DNA from: Sphingomicrobium sp.
GTDB taxonomy: Bacteria; Pseudomonadota; Alphaproteobacteria; Sphingomonadales; Sphingomonadaceae
DNA: 64,000 nt
Direction: 5' to 3'
NCBI GenBank assembly: GCA_039933195.1
Contig: JBDTON010000067.1
Span: 5,033 to 69,032, forward strand
Below are positions 1-9,161 of this stretch, in pieces. Position 1 is the first letter of the stretch, and the number at the start of each line of letters is the position of its first letter. A model generated the notes under the pieces. The model was not told the origin of the DNA. It saw nothing but the letters and a program-made list of their open reading frames with translations, and searched no databases. Position numbers and translations under genes: made by a program.

Positions 1-1
1 C

Positions 2-571
2 TGCACCCTTGATCCGCGTACGCTCGCCCTCGCCGCCTTATTCTCGCGCCGCGCGGTGTGCTTTCGCGGCATCCCGGGTACCCAGACCGCGTCGTTTGCC
101 GGCTTGATCCCGGCCATCACCGCCGAATGCGGACTGCCGGGCGAAGCCGCCAACGCGGAAGCGGCAGCCCGCCTCGTCGACGCAGCGCTCAACCTCGATG
201 AGTTGCCGGGTAGCGGGGACGAGGCCGCCGAGCTCGAGCTGTACCACACGCTTGGCGTTGTCCGGGTACGGAAGGACGTGAGCTTCGGGTTCGGGGCTGG
301 CGAAGCCGAACTTCACTTTGACCCGGGGCTCGACGAGCACAATTTCCGAGAGCTGAATCCGGGAACGGTGCTGGGAGAAACCGCTCACCACATGCCGCTA
401 CGGATGATCGACGAGGACGGACGCGACGTGGCAGACGACTACTTCGAAACCAGCGGCGGCAAGTTGAGGCTGCGCAAGCAAGTTGTGCCCGCGATGTTCA
501 CGACGGACGCGGCCATCGTGAGGCAGGACTGTCTCTGCTATCTGATGGAGCGGCTGACAATCGAGGGCTGA
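2..571 (+). CDS. M14-family metallopeptidase / succinylglutamate desuccinylase-aspartoacylase family protein, 5'-truncated by window edge
   Basis: Frame is open from position 2. AITAECG motif and C-terminal RQDCLCYLME are typical of this family. Confidence 0.6.
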   Translation, partial: CTLDPRTLALAALFSRRAVCFRGIPGTQTASFAGLIPAITAECGLPGEAANAEAAARLVDAALNLDELPGSGDEAAELELYHTLGVVRVRKDVSFGFGAGEAELHFDPGLDEHNFRELNPGTVLGETAHHMPLRMIDEDGRDVADDYFETSGGKLRLRKQVVPAMFTTDAAIVRQDCLCYLMERLTIEG

Positions 572-603
572 AACCGGCGGCGAAGGCAGCGGCCTGAGCG
601 AGC

Positions 604-626
604 GTCCGTTTTCGACCAAAACAGAC
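604..626 (-). repeat. Short imperfect palindrome, cassette-boundary family copy 1
   Basis: Reverse complement GTCTGTTTTGGTCGAAAACGGAC matches 41552-41574 at 20/23 positions. Confidence 0.75.
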
Positions 627-651
627 GTTGGCGAACGTGGATTGTTCCGGA

Positions 652-1680
652 TTACGTTCGGGCGTGCCGAACCTCGACGCGAGTCCCCGGGCTCGCGTCA
701 ACCACGGTCACGGTCGCCTCGAGCTGCGTCGACAAGGCCTCGACGATCCCGGTGCCGAGCCCCGGCTTGCCGCGGTTCTTGCCAACCGGCATGCCCGCTC
801 CATTATCCGACACGGACAGCAGCCATGCTCCATCGTCCGCCGCAAAAGACACCGTGATTTTGCCGCCAGCCTTTTGATCGGGGAACGCATGCTTGATCGC
901 GTTGATCACTAATTCCGTAACGATCAGGCCCATGCTCACCGAGACGTCCGAGTTTGTGGTGGTGTCATCCACGATCGTTTCCAGCGTTATCCGTCGTGGA
1001 TCGCCGATCATGGAAGCAGCGATGCTGGTGCACAGGGCTGCGAAATAAGTCCGTAATTCGGCCGACTTCAGCTGACTGACCGCCAGCTGCTTCTGGAGCA
1101 TGGCGATCGACATGACGCGGCTGTGGGCGTCGTGAAGATGCAGACGTGTTTCCTCGGACTGAACGCGCCGCGCGCTTTGCATCAAAACACTTGCTATGAT
1201 CTGCAGGCTGTTGGCGACGCGATGCTGCAGTTCCTGCAGCAGGACCTGCTTCTCGCGAACGAGCTCATCTTTTTGCTTCTCAGCTAGGCGGGTTGCCGTG
1301 ACGTCGGTCGCGGCCAACACGACGCGCACCTTCTCGGTGTCGAAATAATCGAGTTTGTGAGCGCTTAGAATGAGACGACAGGTCGCCTTGCCTTTGCGGA
1401 CAAGGTCCATCTCGTAGGCGTCAATCTCGTCCGCGCCGGCAATAGTCGCTGTGAGGAGTGAGTTCAGTTGTGGAATGTCCCATTCACCGCCACCCAAATC
1501 GGCCAGCTTGCGGTTGGCGATCGTCGAAGGATCGAGATTGAACGTGTTGCAGAACGAGCCGCTTGCACCAATGACGACCGCGTCATCATCAAGCAGGAGG
1601 AGCGGCGCCTTGGACGACTCGACGAGGGCCATGGCGAGACTCGTCACCGTCTCGTCCGGGAGCGGCATGGTCTCAAGCAT
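652..1680 (-). CDS. PAS-containing sensor histidine kinase, HisKA_2/HWE-type (HRxxN)
   Basis: ELQHRVANSLQ H-box, ELVINAIKHAF N-box, DNGAG and GLGTGIV G-boxes, N-terminal PAS-like region, no TM segment. Confidence 0.9.
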   Translation of the reverse strand: MLETMPLPDETVTSLAMALVESSKAPLLLLDDDAVVIGASGSFCNTFNLDPSTIANRKLADLGGGEWDIPQLNSLLTATIAGADEIDAYEMDLVRKGKATCRLILSAHKLDYFDTEKVRVVLAATDVTATRLAEKQKDELVREKQVLLQELQHRVANSLQIIASVLMQSARRVQSEETRLHLHDAHSRVMSIAMLQKQLAVSQLKSAELRTYFAALCTSIAASMIGDPRRITLETIVDDTTTNSDVSVSMGLIVTELVINAIKHAFPDQKAGGKITVSFAADDGAWLLSVSDNGAGMPVGKNRGKPGLGTGIVEALSTQLEATVTVVDASPGTRVEVRHART

Positions 1681-1681
1681 C

Positions 1682-2029
1682 TTAGTCCCCCAAAACTAGC
1701 TTTGTGGCATCCGTTATATGGTGGGCGCTGAATGGCTTCTCAACCAACGGATGGCCGGGCATCCTTATCCTGACTTGACCGGGGCTCCCGGTAATGAAGA
1801 GCACAGGTATCGGCTGCCCAGAACAGATTGACTGAACGGCTGTGATTCCGCAGCCCGGCCTTAGCTCGACATCGGCGGTAATCAGGTCGGGACACTTAAG
1901 TGCGGCGGCCGCGCCTGCCTGCTCGGCCGATACAGCATGGTCGAAGGAAGTGAAGCCGCAACCGCGCAGGGCGTCCTCTATCGCCATGGCAATCAGAGAT
2001 TCATCTTCAATAATGAGTGCATGCATCAT
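1682..2029 (-). CDS. Single-domain response regulator
   Basis: LIIEDE, PDLITAD, LFITGS and EKPF receiver motifs. AAGGAG RBS precedes the ATG at 2029. Confidence 0.88.
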   Translation of the reverse strand: MMHALIIEDESLIAMAIEDALRGCGFTSFDHAVSAEQAGAAAALKCPDLITADVELRPGCGITAVQSICSGQPIPVLFITGSPGQVRIRMPGHPLVEKPFSAHHITDATKLVLGD

Positions 2030-2101
2030 GCGCTCCTTGAGCGGGGAGCGCCACGTCTCTCCAGCACCAAGGCCCAACGGAGTGACTGGTGATAGGTCTT
2101 T

Positions 2102-2126
2102 AACGGCTGGAACCACGGTTCGTTGC
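2102..2126 (-). promoter_or_regulatory. Putative sigma-EcfG (general stress) promoter for the RR-HK operon
   Basis: GCAAC-N16-CGTT on the minus strand, versus consensus GGAAC-N16/17-CGTT. Confidence 0.55.
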
Positions 2127-2220
2127 AGGCTGCGCGTCTCCGAAGGACACGGCAACAGGATCGCTTCCTCGTCCGCTCTCCACCCTTGCGGGCATTACCC
2201 GGGTGCGGGAAAAAGGGTTC

Positions 2221-2595
2221 ATGGACGGCGACGTACCCTATCACGCGCACATTTATTGTTCGGTTGAGGATCGCGGCGCGGCGGAGGCGTTGCGGTACAG
2301 GTTCAGCCATTCGCCCGAAGTATTGTTCGTCGGCGTGTTAACCGGCGGGCCGGTCGGTCCGCATCCGCTGCCGCAGTTCGAAGTGCATTTCGTCGAACGG
2401 TCGCTGGCGACCATCGTCGCCGCAATTGAAGCGTCCGGACTGCGCGCGCTGGTCCACCCCTTGACCGATGACGATGTTGCCGACCACACGAGCCTGGCGC
2501 AATGGATCGGCGAGCCGCTGGAGCTCGACGTCAGCGTGCTCGATCCGCCGGGCGCAAACCAAGGCGTTGCGCGGTTTGGGAAAAGCGACTTCTGA
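2221..2595 (+). CDS. DOPA 4,5-dioxygenase family protein
   Basis: YHAHIY, GPHP..QFEV, LVHP and DH..W.GEPL motifs. Confidence 0.85.
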   Translation: MDGDVPYHAHIYCSVEDRGAAEALRYRFSHSPEVLFVGVLTGGPVGPHPLPQFEVHFVERSLATIVAAIEASGLRALVHPLTDDDVADHTSLAQWIGEPLELDVSVLDPPGANQGVARFGKSDF

Positions 2596-2717
2596 AGCCT
2601 GAAGCTGCCGCCGCCCATAAAGAAGCTGTGGGAATTTCCGGCACCGGGTAGGGGTTCTTCGTGAACTTTGCGGTGCCCCCATGGACGCGTCAGGCACGCG
2701 GGGCCAGTAAGCGGGCG

Positions 2718-3518
2718 ATGGGGGCGATCAAACCACTGCTGTTGGCCTCGCTGGCCCTGTGCGCAGGCACGGCGGCCGCGGCGGCGGACGAGCAGTCGAT
2801 CTGCGCCGACCGCCCGGGCAAGGCGACCAGCGCGTGCACGGTCCCGGCGGGGCACTGGCAGGTCGAGACGGGGCTGGCCGACTGGACGCTCGACAAGAGC
2901 GCAGGCGAGCGTGACATGTCGCTGGTCATCGGCGAGACGACCGTCAAATATGGCCTGACCGACCGCTCCGACATCGAGGTCGATGTGACGCCCTGGCAAC
3001 ACGCGACCAGCCGCGGACCGGGCTTCCGCGACAGCTCAAGCGGGATCGGCGACGTCAATGTCATTTACAAGCAGGGGCTCACGTCGCCCGACGCGGCGCT
3101 GCAGGTGACGCTCTATCCGTTCGTGAAGATTCCCACTGCCAAGCGCCCCCTCGGCAACGGCAAATGGGAAGGCGGGCTGAAGCTCCCGATCGGCTACGCG
3201 ATCCCCAAGTCGCCGCTCAGCATCGCACTTACTCCCGAGCTCGACTGGGCCGCCGACGCCGAGGGGCACGGCCATCATGCGGAGATGGCGCAGGTGGCGA
3301 GCCTCGGCTGGGCGGCGACCGACACGCTCAACCTGTCGGTGGAGATCTGGGGCCAGTGGGACTGGGATCCGGGGGGGACGACGCGGCAGGCGTCGGCCGA
3401 CGGATCGATCGCTTATTTGCTGAGCAATAGCGTCCAGCTCGATGCCGGCGGCAACTTCGGGTTGAACAGTCAGACGCCCGACGTTGAGCTTTACGTTGGA
3501 GTGTCGAAGCGCTTTTAG
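2718..3518 (+). CDS. Outer-membrane beta-barrel 'transporter' (phenol MetA-degradation pathway-like family)
   Basis: Signal peptide, ICADRPG..TVP.G..QVETG motif, C-terminal Phe. Confidence 0.7.
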   Translation: MGAIKPLLLASLALCAGTAAAAADEQSICADRPGKATSACTVPAGHWQVETGLADWTLDKSAGERDMSLVIGETTVKYGLTDRSDIEVDVTPWQHATSRGPGFRDSSSGIGDVNVIYKQGLTSPDAALQVTLYPFVKIPTAKRPLGNGKWEGGLKLPIGYAIPKSPLSIALTPELDWAADAEGHGHHAEMAQVASLGWAATDTLNLSVEIWGQWDWDPGGTTRQASADGSIAYLLSNSVQLDAGGNFGLNSQTPDVELYVGVSKRF

Positions 3519-3522
3519 GCGT

Positions 3523-3858
3523 TTAGACGGGTCCGCTCACCGAGACCTCCGCTCCGTCGACATCGCGGAAGCGGGCGACGTGGACTCCGTGCATTTCGGT
3601 CGGCTCCTGCGTGAAGCTGAGGCCGAGCTCCTCGCGGCGATCGTAGAACTCGCGCAAGCTATCGACGGTGAACCCGAGCTGGGCTGCGCCGGCGGGATTT
3701 TCGGCCGATGCAGGGTGCAGCGCGAGCGTCGTTTCGCCGGTGGCGAACTCGCTCCAGAACGGCGAGGCGAACTTGAGCTCGAGACCGAGCGTATCGCGAT
3801 GGAAAGCGACCGCCTTGTCCATGTCCGCCACGAACTTGATGGCGTAATTCAATCGCAC
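3523..3858 (-). CDS. VOC/glyoxalase family protein
   Basis: FVADMDKAVAF.RD.LGL and FRDVDG motifs. Confidence 0.85.
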   Translation of the reverse strand: MRLNYAIKFVADMDKAVAFHRDTLGLELKFASPFWSEFATGETTLALHPASAENPAGAAQLGFTVDSLREFYDRREELGLSFTQEPTEMHGVHVARFRDVDGAEVSVSGPV

Positions 3859-3873
3859 GGCTTCGATCTCCTA

Positions 3874-5082
3874 CTAGCGAGGCAGCAGAGCATAAGTGCG
3901 GCGAAAGGCGCGCGCTTCGGCGGCGGTGAAGGCGCTGCGGTCGTCGCGCTGGGCATTGTCGGGCACCCCTGTGACGAAATACGCGATCCCGCGATGGCGT
4001 GATCGGTCGATCCAGATGCCGCTCTTCATTCCGTAAGCGTCGCCGGCGTGCCCGACGAGCGTGGCGCCCCCGGTCCCGATGTCGTCGGCGCAGCCTGGAA
4101 CGGGGGTGGGGATCTGCTGCGTGGCGAGGCCGTAACTGCAGTAGAAGCCCTTCTCGATGTTGCCGTTGGCGCCGTCGTAACGCCAGACTTGCGTGACGAG
4201 GGTGTCCACCGACTGCGGCGAGAGGATGCGGACGCCGTCCAGCGTCCCGTCGTTCAATAGCATGCGCCCGATGCGGGCGAGACCGCGCGCCGAAATTCTC
4301 AACCCGCCCTGCGGAGCGAACAGCGATCCATTTTCGCCGAGGCGCCAGAGCGAGAGGTCGCATGGCTGGCCCGCGTTGACGAACACCGGGCAGGCGGGGC
4401 GGACTCCGTGCAGATCGTCCTTCTGCGGCTTCCCTTCCGGACTATCGAGCTCGACGGCCCGCGCGACCTTGGCGTCGCTGCAGGTCGGCCAGTTGAAGCA
4501 GGCGTCGAGCTGCATCGGCTCGAGCACGTTCCGGCGCATCCAGATGTCAAACCGCTCACCCGTGACGCGTTCGATGATCGACCCGACGATCGGGAAATTG
4601 AGGTTGGCGTAACTGAAGTAATTGTCGCCTGCGCCGTGCTGCGGATCCCAGTTCTTCGGATCCTGCATGACCTGTTGCAGCGAGTCGCCGAGGGCGATTA
4701 CGTAATCGTCGTCATGCTCGCGCACCGAAGACGTGTGCGAGAGCAGCATTCGAAGAGTGATCGGCCGGTCGGGGAAGGCCGGGTTGCGCAAAGGCCATCC
4801 GAGCCAGCGTGAGACGTCGCTGGTCAGGTCGAGCTTGCCCTGTTCCACGAGTTTCATCACGCCGATGGCGACGACCATCTTGCTGACCGAAGCGACGCGG
4901 ACCGGATCGTCCGCGGTAACGCGGCGACCCGACTGCGGATCCGCGATTCCGTCGGCGAAGCTGGCGAGCTCGCCGTTCGCGTCGAAGGCGACGCCGACCT
5001 CCACGTGCACCGGGGGATCGCGCGGCGACACGGTCGCACAGCCGACGAGGACCAGACTCAGCGCTAGTGTAAGGCCCCGCAT
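3874..5082 (-). CDS. Serine hydrolase / beta-lactamase-like lipoprotein
   Basis: SVSK (SxxK), YAN (YxN), LLSHTSS, GHAG, lipobox LVGC. Alternative start at 5085. Confidence 0.85.
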   Translation of the reverse strand: MRGLTLALSLVLVGCATVSPRDPPVHVEVGVAFDANGELASFADGIADPQSGRRVTADDPVRVASVSKMVVAIGVMKLVEQGKLDLTSDVSRWLGWPLRNPAFPDRPITLRMLLSHTSSVREHDDDYVIALGDSLQQVMQDPKNWDPQHGAGDNYFSYANLNFPIVGSIIERVTGERFDIWMRRNVLEPMQLDACFNWPTCSDAKVARAVELDSPEGKPQKDDLHGVRPACPVFVNAGQPCDLSLWRLGENGSLFAPQGGLRISARGLARIGRMLLNDGTLDGVRILSPQSVDTLVTQVWRYDGANGNIEKGFYCSYGLATQQIPTPVPGCADDIGTGGATLVGHAGDAYGMKSGIWIDRSRHRGIAYFVTGVPDNAQRDDRSAFTAAEARAFRRTYALLPR

Positions 5083-5101
5083 CATGGCCTACATAGCCGC
5101 G

Positions 5102-6880
5102 ATGGCTGAAGACTCGAAACCCGCTGCCGCAGCGGCAATGCCCACGCTCGAGGATTGGCAGCACTGGACGCTGGTCATGGGCCGAGCGCAGCAGATGCTG
5201 ATGGAATTCTGGGCCGAGAGCCTGAAGAAGGACCAGGCGTTTCCGAGCTGGTCGCCGCCCGCGTTCGGGTTCGTTGAAGCGAGTGGCGCGGCAAGCGATC
5301 CGCTGGCGCTGATGAGCGCGGGCGCGCAGGCGTGGGCCAAGGGGCTCGAGGCGTGGGGCAAGATGCTCGGCGGAGTGACCGCGGCGCCCTCGCCGGAAAC
5401 AGAGAAAAAGGACCGCCGCTTTGCCGCGCCCGAATGGCGCGAGAACCCCATCTTCGATACGATCCGCCAGACCTATTTGCGGATCTCCGACCAGATGCTC
5501 GGGACTGTCGACGAAATCGAGGGAGTCGACCCGTCGACGCGCGAGAAAATGCGCTTTGCGACGCGCAGCTTCGTCGACGCGATGAGCCCGTCGAACTTCG
5601 CGCTGACCAATCCGCAGGTGCTGAAGCGTACTATCGACACGCGCGGCGAGAATTTGCTGAAGGGCCTGTCGAACATGTTGCGCGACATCGCTCATGGGCA
5701 GCTGACGCAGACCAAGCCCGGCGTGTTCGAGGTCGGCAGGAATCTCGCGACGACGCCGGGCAAGGTGATCAAGCAAACGCCGCTTTATCAGTTGATCCAA
5801 TACACGCCGGCGACGGACCAGGTGCTGAGGACGCCAGTCGTGATCTTCCCGCCGTGGATCAACCGCTATTATATCCTCGACCTCAGCCCTGAAAAAAGCT
5901 TCGTCAAATGGTGCGTGGACAACGGGATCTCGCTGTTCATGGTCAGCTGGAAATCCGCGGACGAGAGCATCGCCGACGTAATGCTCGACGATTATGTGCT
6001 CGACGGTCAGATCGACGCCATCGACACCATCCGCGACCTGCTCGGTACGCCGAGCGTGCACGCGATCGGATACTGCGTTGCGGGCACCACCCTGGCCGCG
6101 GCGCTCGCTTACCTCCACGCCAGGGGCGAGCAGGACAAAGTCAAATCGGCGACGTTCCTCACGGCGCAGGTCGATTTCAGCGAAGCAGGCGACCTCAAGC
6201 TCTTCAGCGGGCCCGAGGTGATCGGGCTGATCGAAGAGCTGACCAAGGACAAGGGCTTCCTTGACGGCCGCTACATGGCGGCCACGTTCAACCTGCTGCG
6301 GGGCCGCGACCTCATCTGGAATTATGTCGTGAACAACTATTTGCTGGGCGACGAGCCGCCGCCGTTCGACCTGCTCTACTGGAACAGCGACACGACCAAC
6401 CTCCCGGCCGGCTGGCACCGCGATTATCTGAAGACGCTGTACGAGGAGAACAGGCTCGCCGAGAAGGGCGGGATCACGATCGCCGGAACCCCGATCGACA
6501 TCGATGCAGTGGCGACTCCAATCTACGTCCAGGCCGGGCGCGAGGACCATATCGCGCCGCCGCAAAGCGTGTGGAAGATCATGGACCATTTCAAAGGTGC
6601 GAAGCGATTTGTGCTCGCAGGGTCCGGCCACATCGCCGGAGTGGTCAATCCGCCCGCCGCGCAGAAGTATCAGTATTGGGTCAACGATCAGCCGTGCGGC
6701 ACTCTGAAGTCGTTCATCGACGGCGCCGCGGAGCACAAGGGGAGCTGGTGGCCGGACTGGCTCGAATGGCTGAAGAAACAGGATCCGGAGACGGTGAAGG
6801 CGCAAGGCGGGCGCGTGCCGGGGAAGGGCAAGTTGAAGCCGGTCGAGGACGCTCCCGGCAGCTATGTCAAAGCTCGTTGA
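5102..6880 (+). CDS. phaC: Class I polyhydroxyalkanoate synthase
   Basis: PPWINRYYILDL, GYCVAGT lipase box, EDHIAP, SGHIAG, GSWW. Start inferred at ATG 5102. Confidence 0.95.
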   Translation: MAEDSKPAAAAAMPTLEDWQHWTLVMGRAQQMLMEFWAESLKKDQAFPSWSPPAFGFVEASGAASDPLALMSAGAQAWAKGLEAWGKMLGGVTAAPSPETEKKDRRFAAPEWRENPIFDTIRQTYLRISDQMLGTVDEIEGVDPSTREKMRFATRSFVDAMSPSNFALTNPQVLKRTIDTRGENLLKGLSNMLRDIAHGQLTQTKPGVFEVGRNLATTPGKVIKQTPLYQLIQYTPATDQVLRTPVVIFPPWINRYYILDLSPEKSFVKWCVDNGISLFMVSWKSADESIADVMLDDYVLDGQIDAIDTIRDLLGTPSVHAIGYCVAGTTLAAALAYLHARGEQDKVKSATFLTAQVDFSEAGDLKLFSGPEVIGLIEELTKDKGFLDGRYMAATFNLLRGRDLIWNYVVNNYLLGDEPPPFDLLYWNSDTTNLPAGWHRDYLKTLYEENRLAEKGGITIAGTPIDIDAVATPIYVQAGREDHIAPPQSVWKIMDHFKGAKRFVLAGSGHIAGVVNPPAAQKYQYWVNDQPCGTLKSFIDGAAEHKGSWWPDWLEWLKKQDPETVKAQGGRVPGKGKLKPVEDAPGSYVKAR

Positions 6881-7304
6881 AGGCCTGACGCTTCGGCTCG
6901 CGCGGCCCGAGGAGCATGAGGAGCTCGAGGAGCTCCAACGCCGGGCTTCCTTGGAACTGCCCGAATATCGCGATCAGCTGCTGGCAAACCCCGACGCGAT
7001 CCACCTGCCGCCGGGCCAGATTGCAAACGGGCAGGTGATCGTGGCCGAACTCAATCGCGCAACCGCCGGTTTTGCGGCTGTCGTCGGCGGAGAGCTCGAC
7101 GGCCTGTTCGTGGAGCCGGAGCTGTGGGGCCAAGGGATCGGCCGAGCTTTAGCCGACGCGGCAACGCACGAGGCGCGGCAGCGCGGATTGGCTCTAAATG
7201 TGATCGCGAACCCGGGCGCGCGGCGCTTCTATGAGCATTGCGGATTTTCGGTCGAGGGCGAAGTGCAGACGCGCTTCGGTCCTGCGCTCAGGATGTCACG
7301 CTAG
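6864..7304 (+). CDS. GNAT N-acetyltransferase
   Basis: LFVEP..WGQGIGRAL and ARRFYE..GF motifs. Confidence 0.85.
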   Translation: MSKLVEGLTLRLARPEEHEELEELQRRASLELPEYRDQLLANPDAIHLPPGQIANGQVIVAELNRATAGFAAVVGGELDGLFVEPELWGQGIGRALADAATHEARQRGLALNVIANPGARRFYEHCGFSVEGEVQTRFGPALRMSR

Positions 7305-7897
7305 CAATTCTGGTACTTCCAGTGCCGGCGCTTGCCCTCGCTCAGCCATTCGATGGCGATAGCGATGCGCTTGGCTCTGGTCGCGTCTTGCTTCGCTTCG
7401 GCGATCCATTCGAAATAGTCGCGCTGAGCGGATGGCGGGAAGCCGTCGAGCGTGGCCTTCGCTTTGGGCGCTTTGGCGAGGGCGGCGGCGAATAGCGGGT
7501 GCAGTTCAGGCGCTGGCCTGGGCGCATTCTTGGCCTTGCGCGGCGCCGCCGCGCTTTTCGCCAGCTCCGCCGCTTCGCGGATCAGGCGATCGACCTCGGC
7601 GTCGGTGGGAAGCTCGTCGACCGAAGCGATCTTACCGAATTGGCCCATCGCGTCGGCGTTGGCCGAATCGCCGCGAAGTTCCTGTCCACGCCAGAAGTTC
7701 AGAGCCGTGTGCGCTTTGAACGCCGCGGTGATGAGGACGATCTTTCCGCCAAGCGTGTACGCCGGCATGCTCCATTTGATCGTCTCTTCCGCCTCGGGAA
7801 GGACGGCGTGCACGCGATCACGCATCTTCTCGAGGATTGGGCGCGCGAACGGTTGCGCCTTGGCGATGTACGCGTCGATGCGGGGATCGAAGCTCAA
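7301..7897 (-). CDS. YdeI/OmpD-associated (DUF1801-containing) protein
   Basis: IDAYI, EETIKWSMP, WIAEAKQDATRAKRI. Confidence 0.85.
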   Translation of the reverse strand: MSFDPRIDAYIAKAQPFARPILEKMRDRVHAVLPEAEETIKWSMPAYTLGGKIVLITAAFKAHTALNFWRGQELRGDSANADAMGQFGKIASVDELPTDAEVDRLIREAAELAKSAAAPRKAKNAPRPAPELHPLFAAALAKAPKAKATLDGFPPSAQRDYFEWIAEAKQDATRAKRIAIAIEWLSEGKRRHWKYQNC

Positions 7898-8115
7898 AAC
7901 AGGCCTCCGCCCATCATTAGGCGGACGATTCCGATCACGATTACCAGAAGGTTCAAATTGCGGCCGGCGCTGCCGCGCGAGATCATTCCGACCGCAGCGC
8001 CGATGATCGCCAGCGGGATGATCAGCCAGTTGGCCCAGCCGAGCAACGGAAGAAAGGCAATTACGGCGAAGATGAGCGCCACGAAGCCGATGATCAGCGA
8101 GACGAGATTAAACAT
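7894..8115 (-). CDS. Small membrane protein
   Basis: 73 aa, strongly hydrophobic, stop overlaps the next start codon. Confidence 0.7.
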   Translation of the reverse strand: MFNLVSLIIGFVALIFAVIAFLPLLGWANWLIIPLAIIGAAVGMISRGSAGRNLNLLVIVIGIVRLMMGGGLF

Positions 8116-8130
8116 GAGGCTTGCCTAACA

Positions 8131-9060
8131 TCATTCGGGCGCCTGGGGGAGGCGCGGGGCGCGGAGCATCGCGGTCACATAGAGCGCAAGCGCGATCCAG
8201 ATCGCAGGGAAGGCGATCGCGTGGGCCGTAGTGAACGGCTCGCCGTAATAGACGCCGATCAGAAACTGCAGCGTCGGAGCGATGAACTGGAGCATTCCGA
8301 GCGTCGAATATGCCAGCTTGCGGGCGGCGGCCGTGAACAGGAGCAGCGGCGTCGTGGACACGATACCGGCGAGCACGAGCAGTCCGGATTCGACGTGCGT
8401 CGAACCGAAGCTCGGCGCTCCCGCAGCCGTGCGCCAGGCGAGCCACAGGGCCGCCAGCGGGAACAGAAGTCCGGTTTCGACGGCGAGGCCGGTCACCGCG
8501 TCGGCGGACACAATCTTTCGCAGCAAGCCGTAGAGCGCGAACGTGGCGCACAGAGTAAGGCTGATCCACAGCTGGCCGAGCGCGCCCGCGGCGAGCACAC
8601 AAATGCCGGCGGCGGCGATCGCCACGGCAGTCCATTGGACGCGATTGAGGCGCTCGTGCAGCACGAAACGGCCAAGCAGCACGTTCGCCAGCGGGTTCAG
8701 ATAATATCCAAAGCTAGAGGCGAGGATGTGGCCGCTGGTTACCGCGTAGACGTACAGCAGCCAGTTGGTGCCGATGAGAAGAGCAGTGAGCGCGAGTATG
8801 CCGAGCGTTTTGGGCTGGGAGAAGACTCGCCGCACCTTGGCCCAAGCTCGGGCGACGGTGGTTAGGACCGCCAGGAAAGGAAGCGACCAGAGCACGCGGT
8901 GGGCAACGATGTCGACCGCCGCGACTGCGGCCAGCGCCTTGAAATAGAGCGGTAGGACTCCCCACAGCCCGTAGGCGGCGACCCCGAACAGCAATCCGCG
9001 CCTGGAGCGATGATTCAGCGAACGCGAGCCGGCGGAGTCGGGTTGGTCGGGTGCGTTCAT
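8131..9060 (-). CDS. rarD: EamA/DMT family transporter RarD
   Basis: YGLWG.LPLYFK, HRVLWS, GYYLNPL, QFIAPTLQF. Confidence 0.9.
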   Translation of the reverse strand: MNAPDQPDSAGSRSLNHRSRRGLLFGVAAYGLWGVLPLYFKALAAVAAVDIVAHRVLWSLPFLAVLTTVARAWAKVRRVFSQPKTLGILALTALLIGTNWLLYVYAVTSGHILASSFGYYLNPLANVLLGRFVLHERLNRVQWTAVAIAAAGICVLAAGALGQLWISLTLCATFALYGLLRKIVSADAVTGLAVETGLLFPLAALWLAWRTAAGAPSFGSTHVESGLLVLAGIVSTTPLLLFTAAARKLAYSTLGMLQFIAPTLQFLIGVYYGEPFTTAHAIAFPAIWIALALYVTAMLRAPRLPQAPE

Positions 9061-9105
9061 CTGAGCGCGCCGTAGCGGCGGGAAACTCGTGGATAAAGAC
9101 CGTGG

Positions 9106-9131
9106 TTAATATCCTGTTAGTTGATCCTTAA
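9106..9131. promoter_or_regulatory. Tandem CtrA-type boxes
   Basis: TTAA-N7-TTAG-N7-TTAA in the divergent intergenic region. Confidence 0.55.
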
Positions 9132-9161
9132 GCTTGGCCCTGCCACTGTTCGGGCAAGGGA

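Noticed and set aside
2569-2592. GCGGTTTGGGAAAAGCGAC as a fifth cassette palindrome
   Set aside because: It lies inside the coding end of the dioxygenase (RFGKSDF) and lacks the GGTCG core, so it is probably coincidental.
4712-6805. 697-aa antisense ORF opposite phaC, and similar long shadow ORFs (14867-16138, 17136-18563, 47182-48489, 60564-62333)
   Set aside because: They lie antisense to well-recognised genes, carry no motifs, and are expected from GC-rich codon bias.
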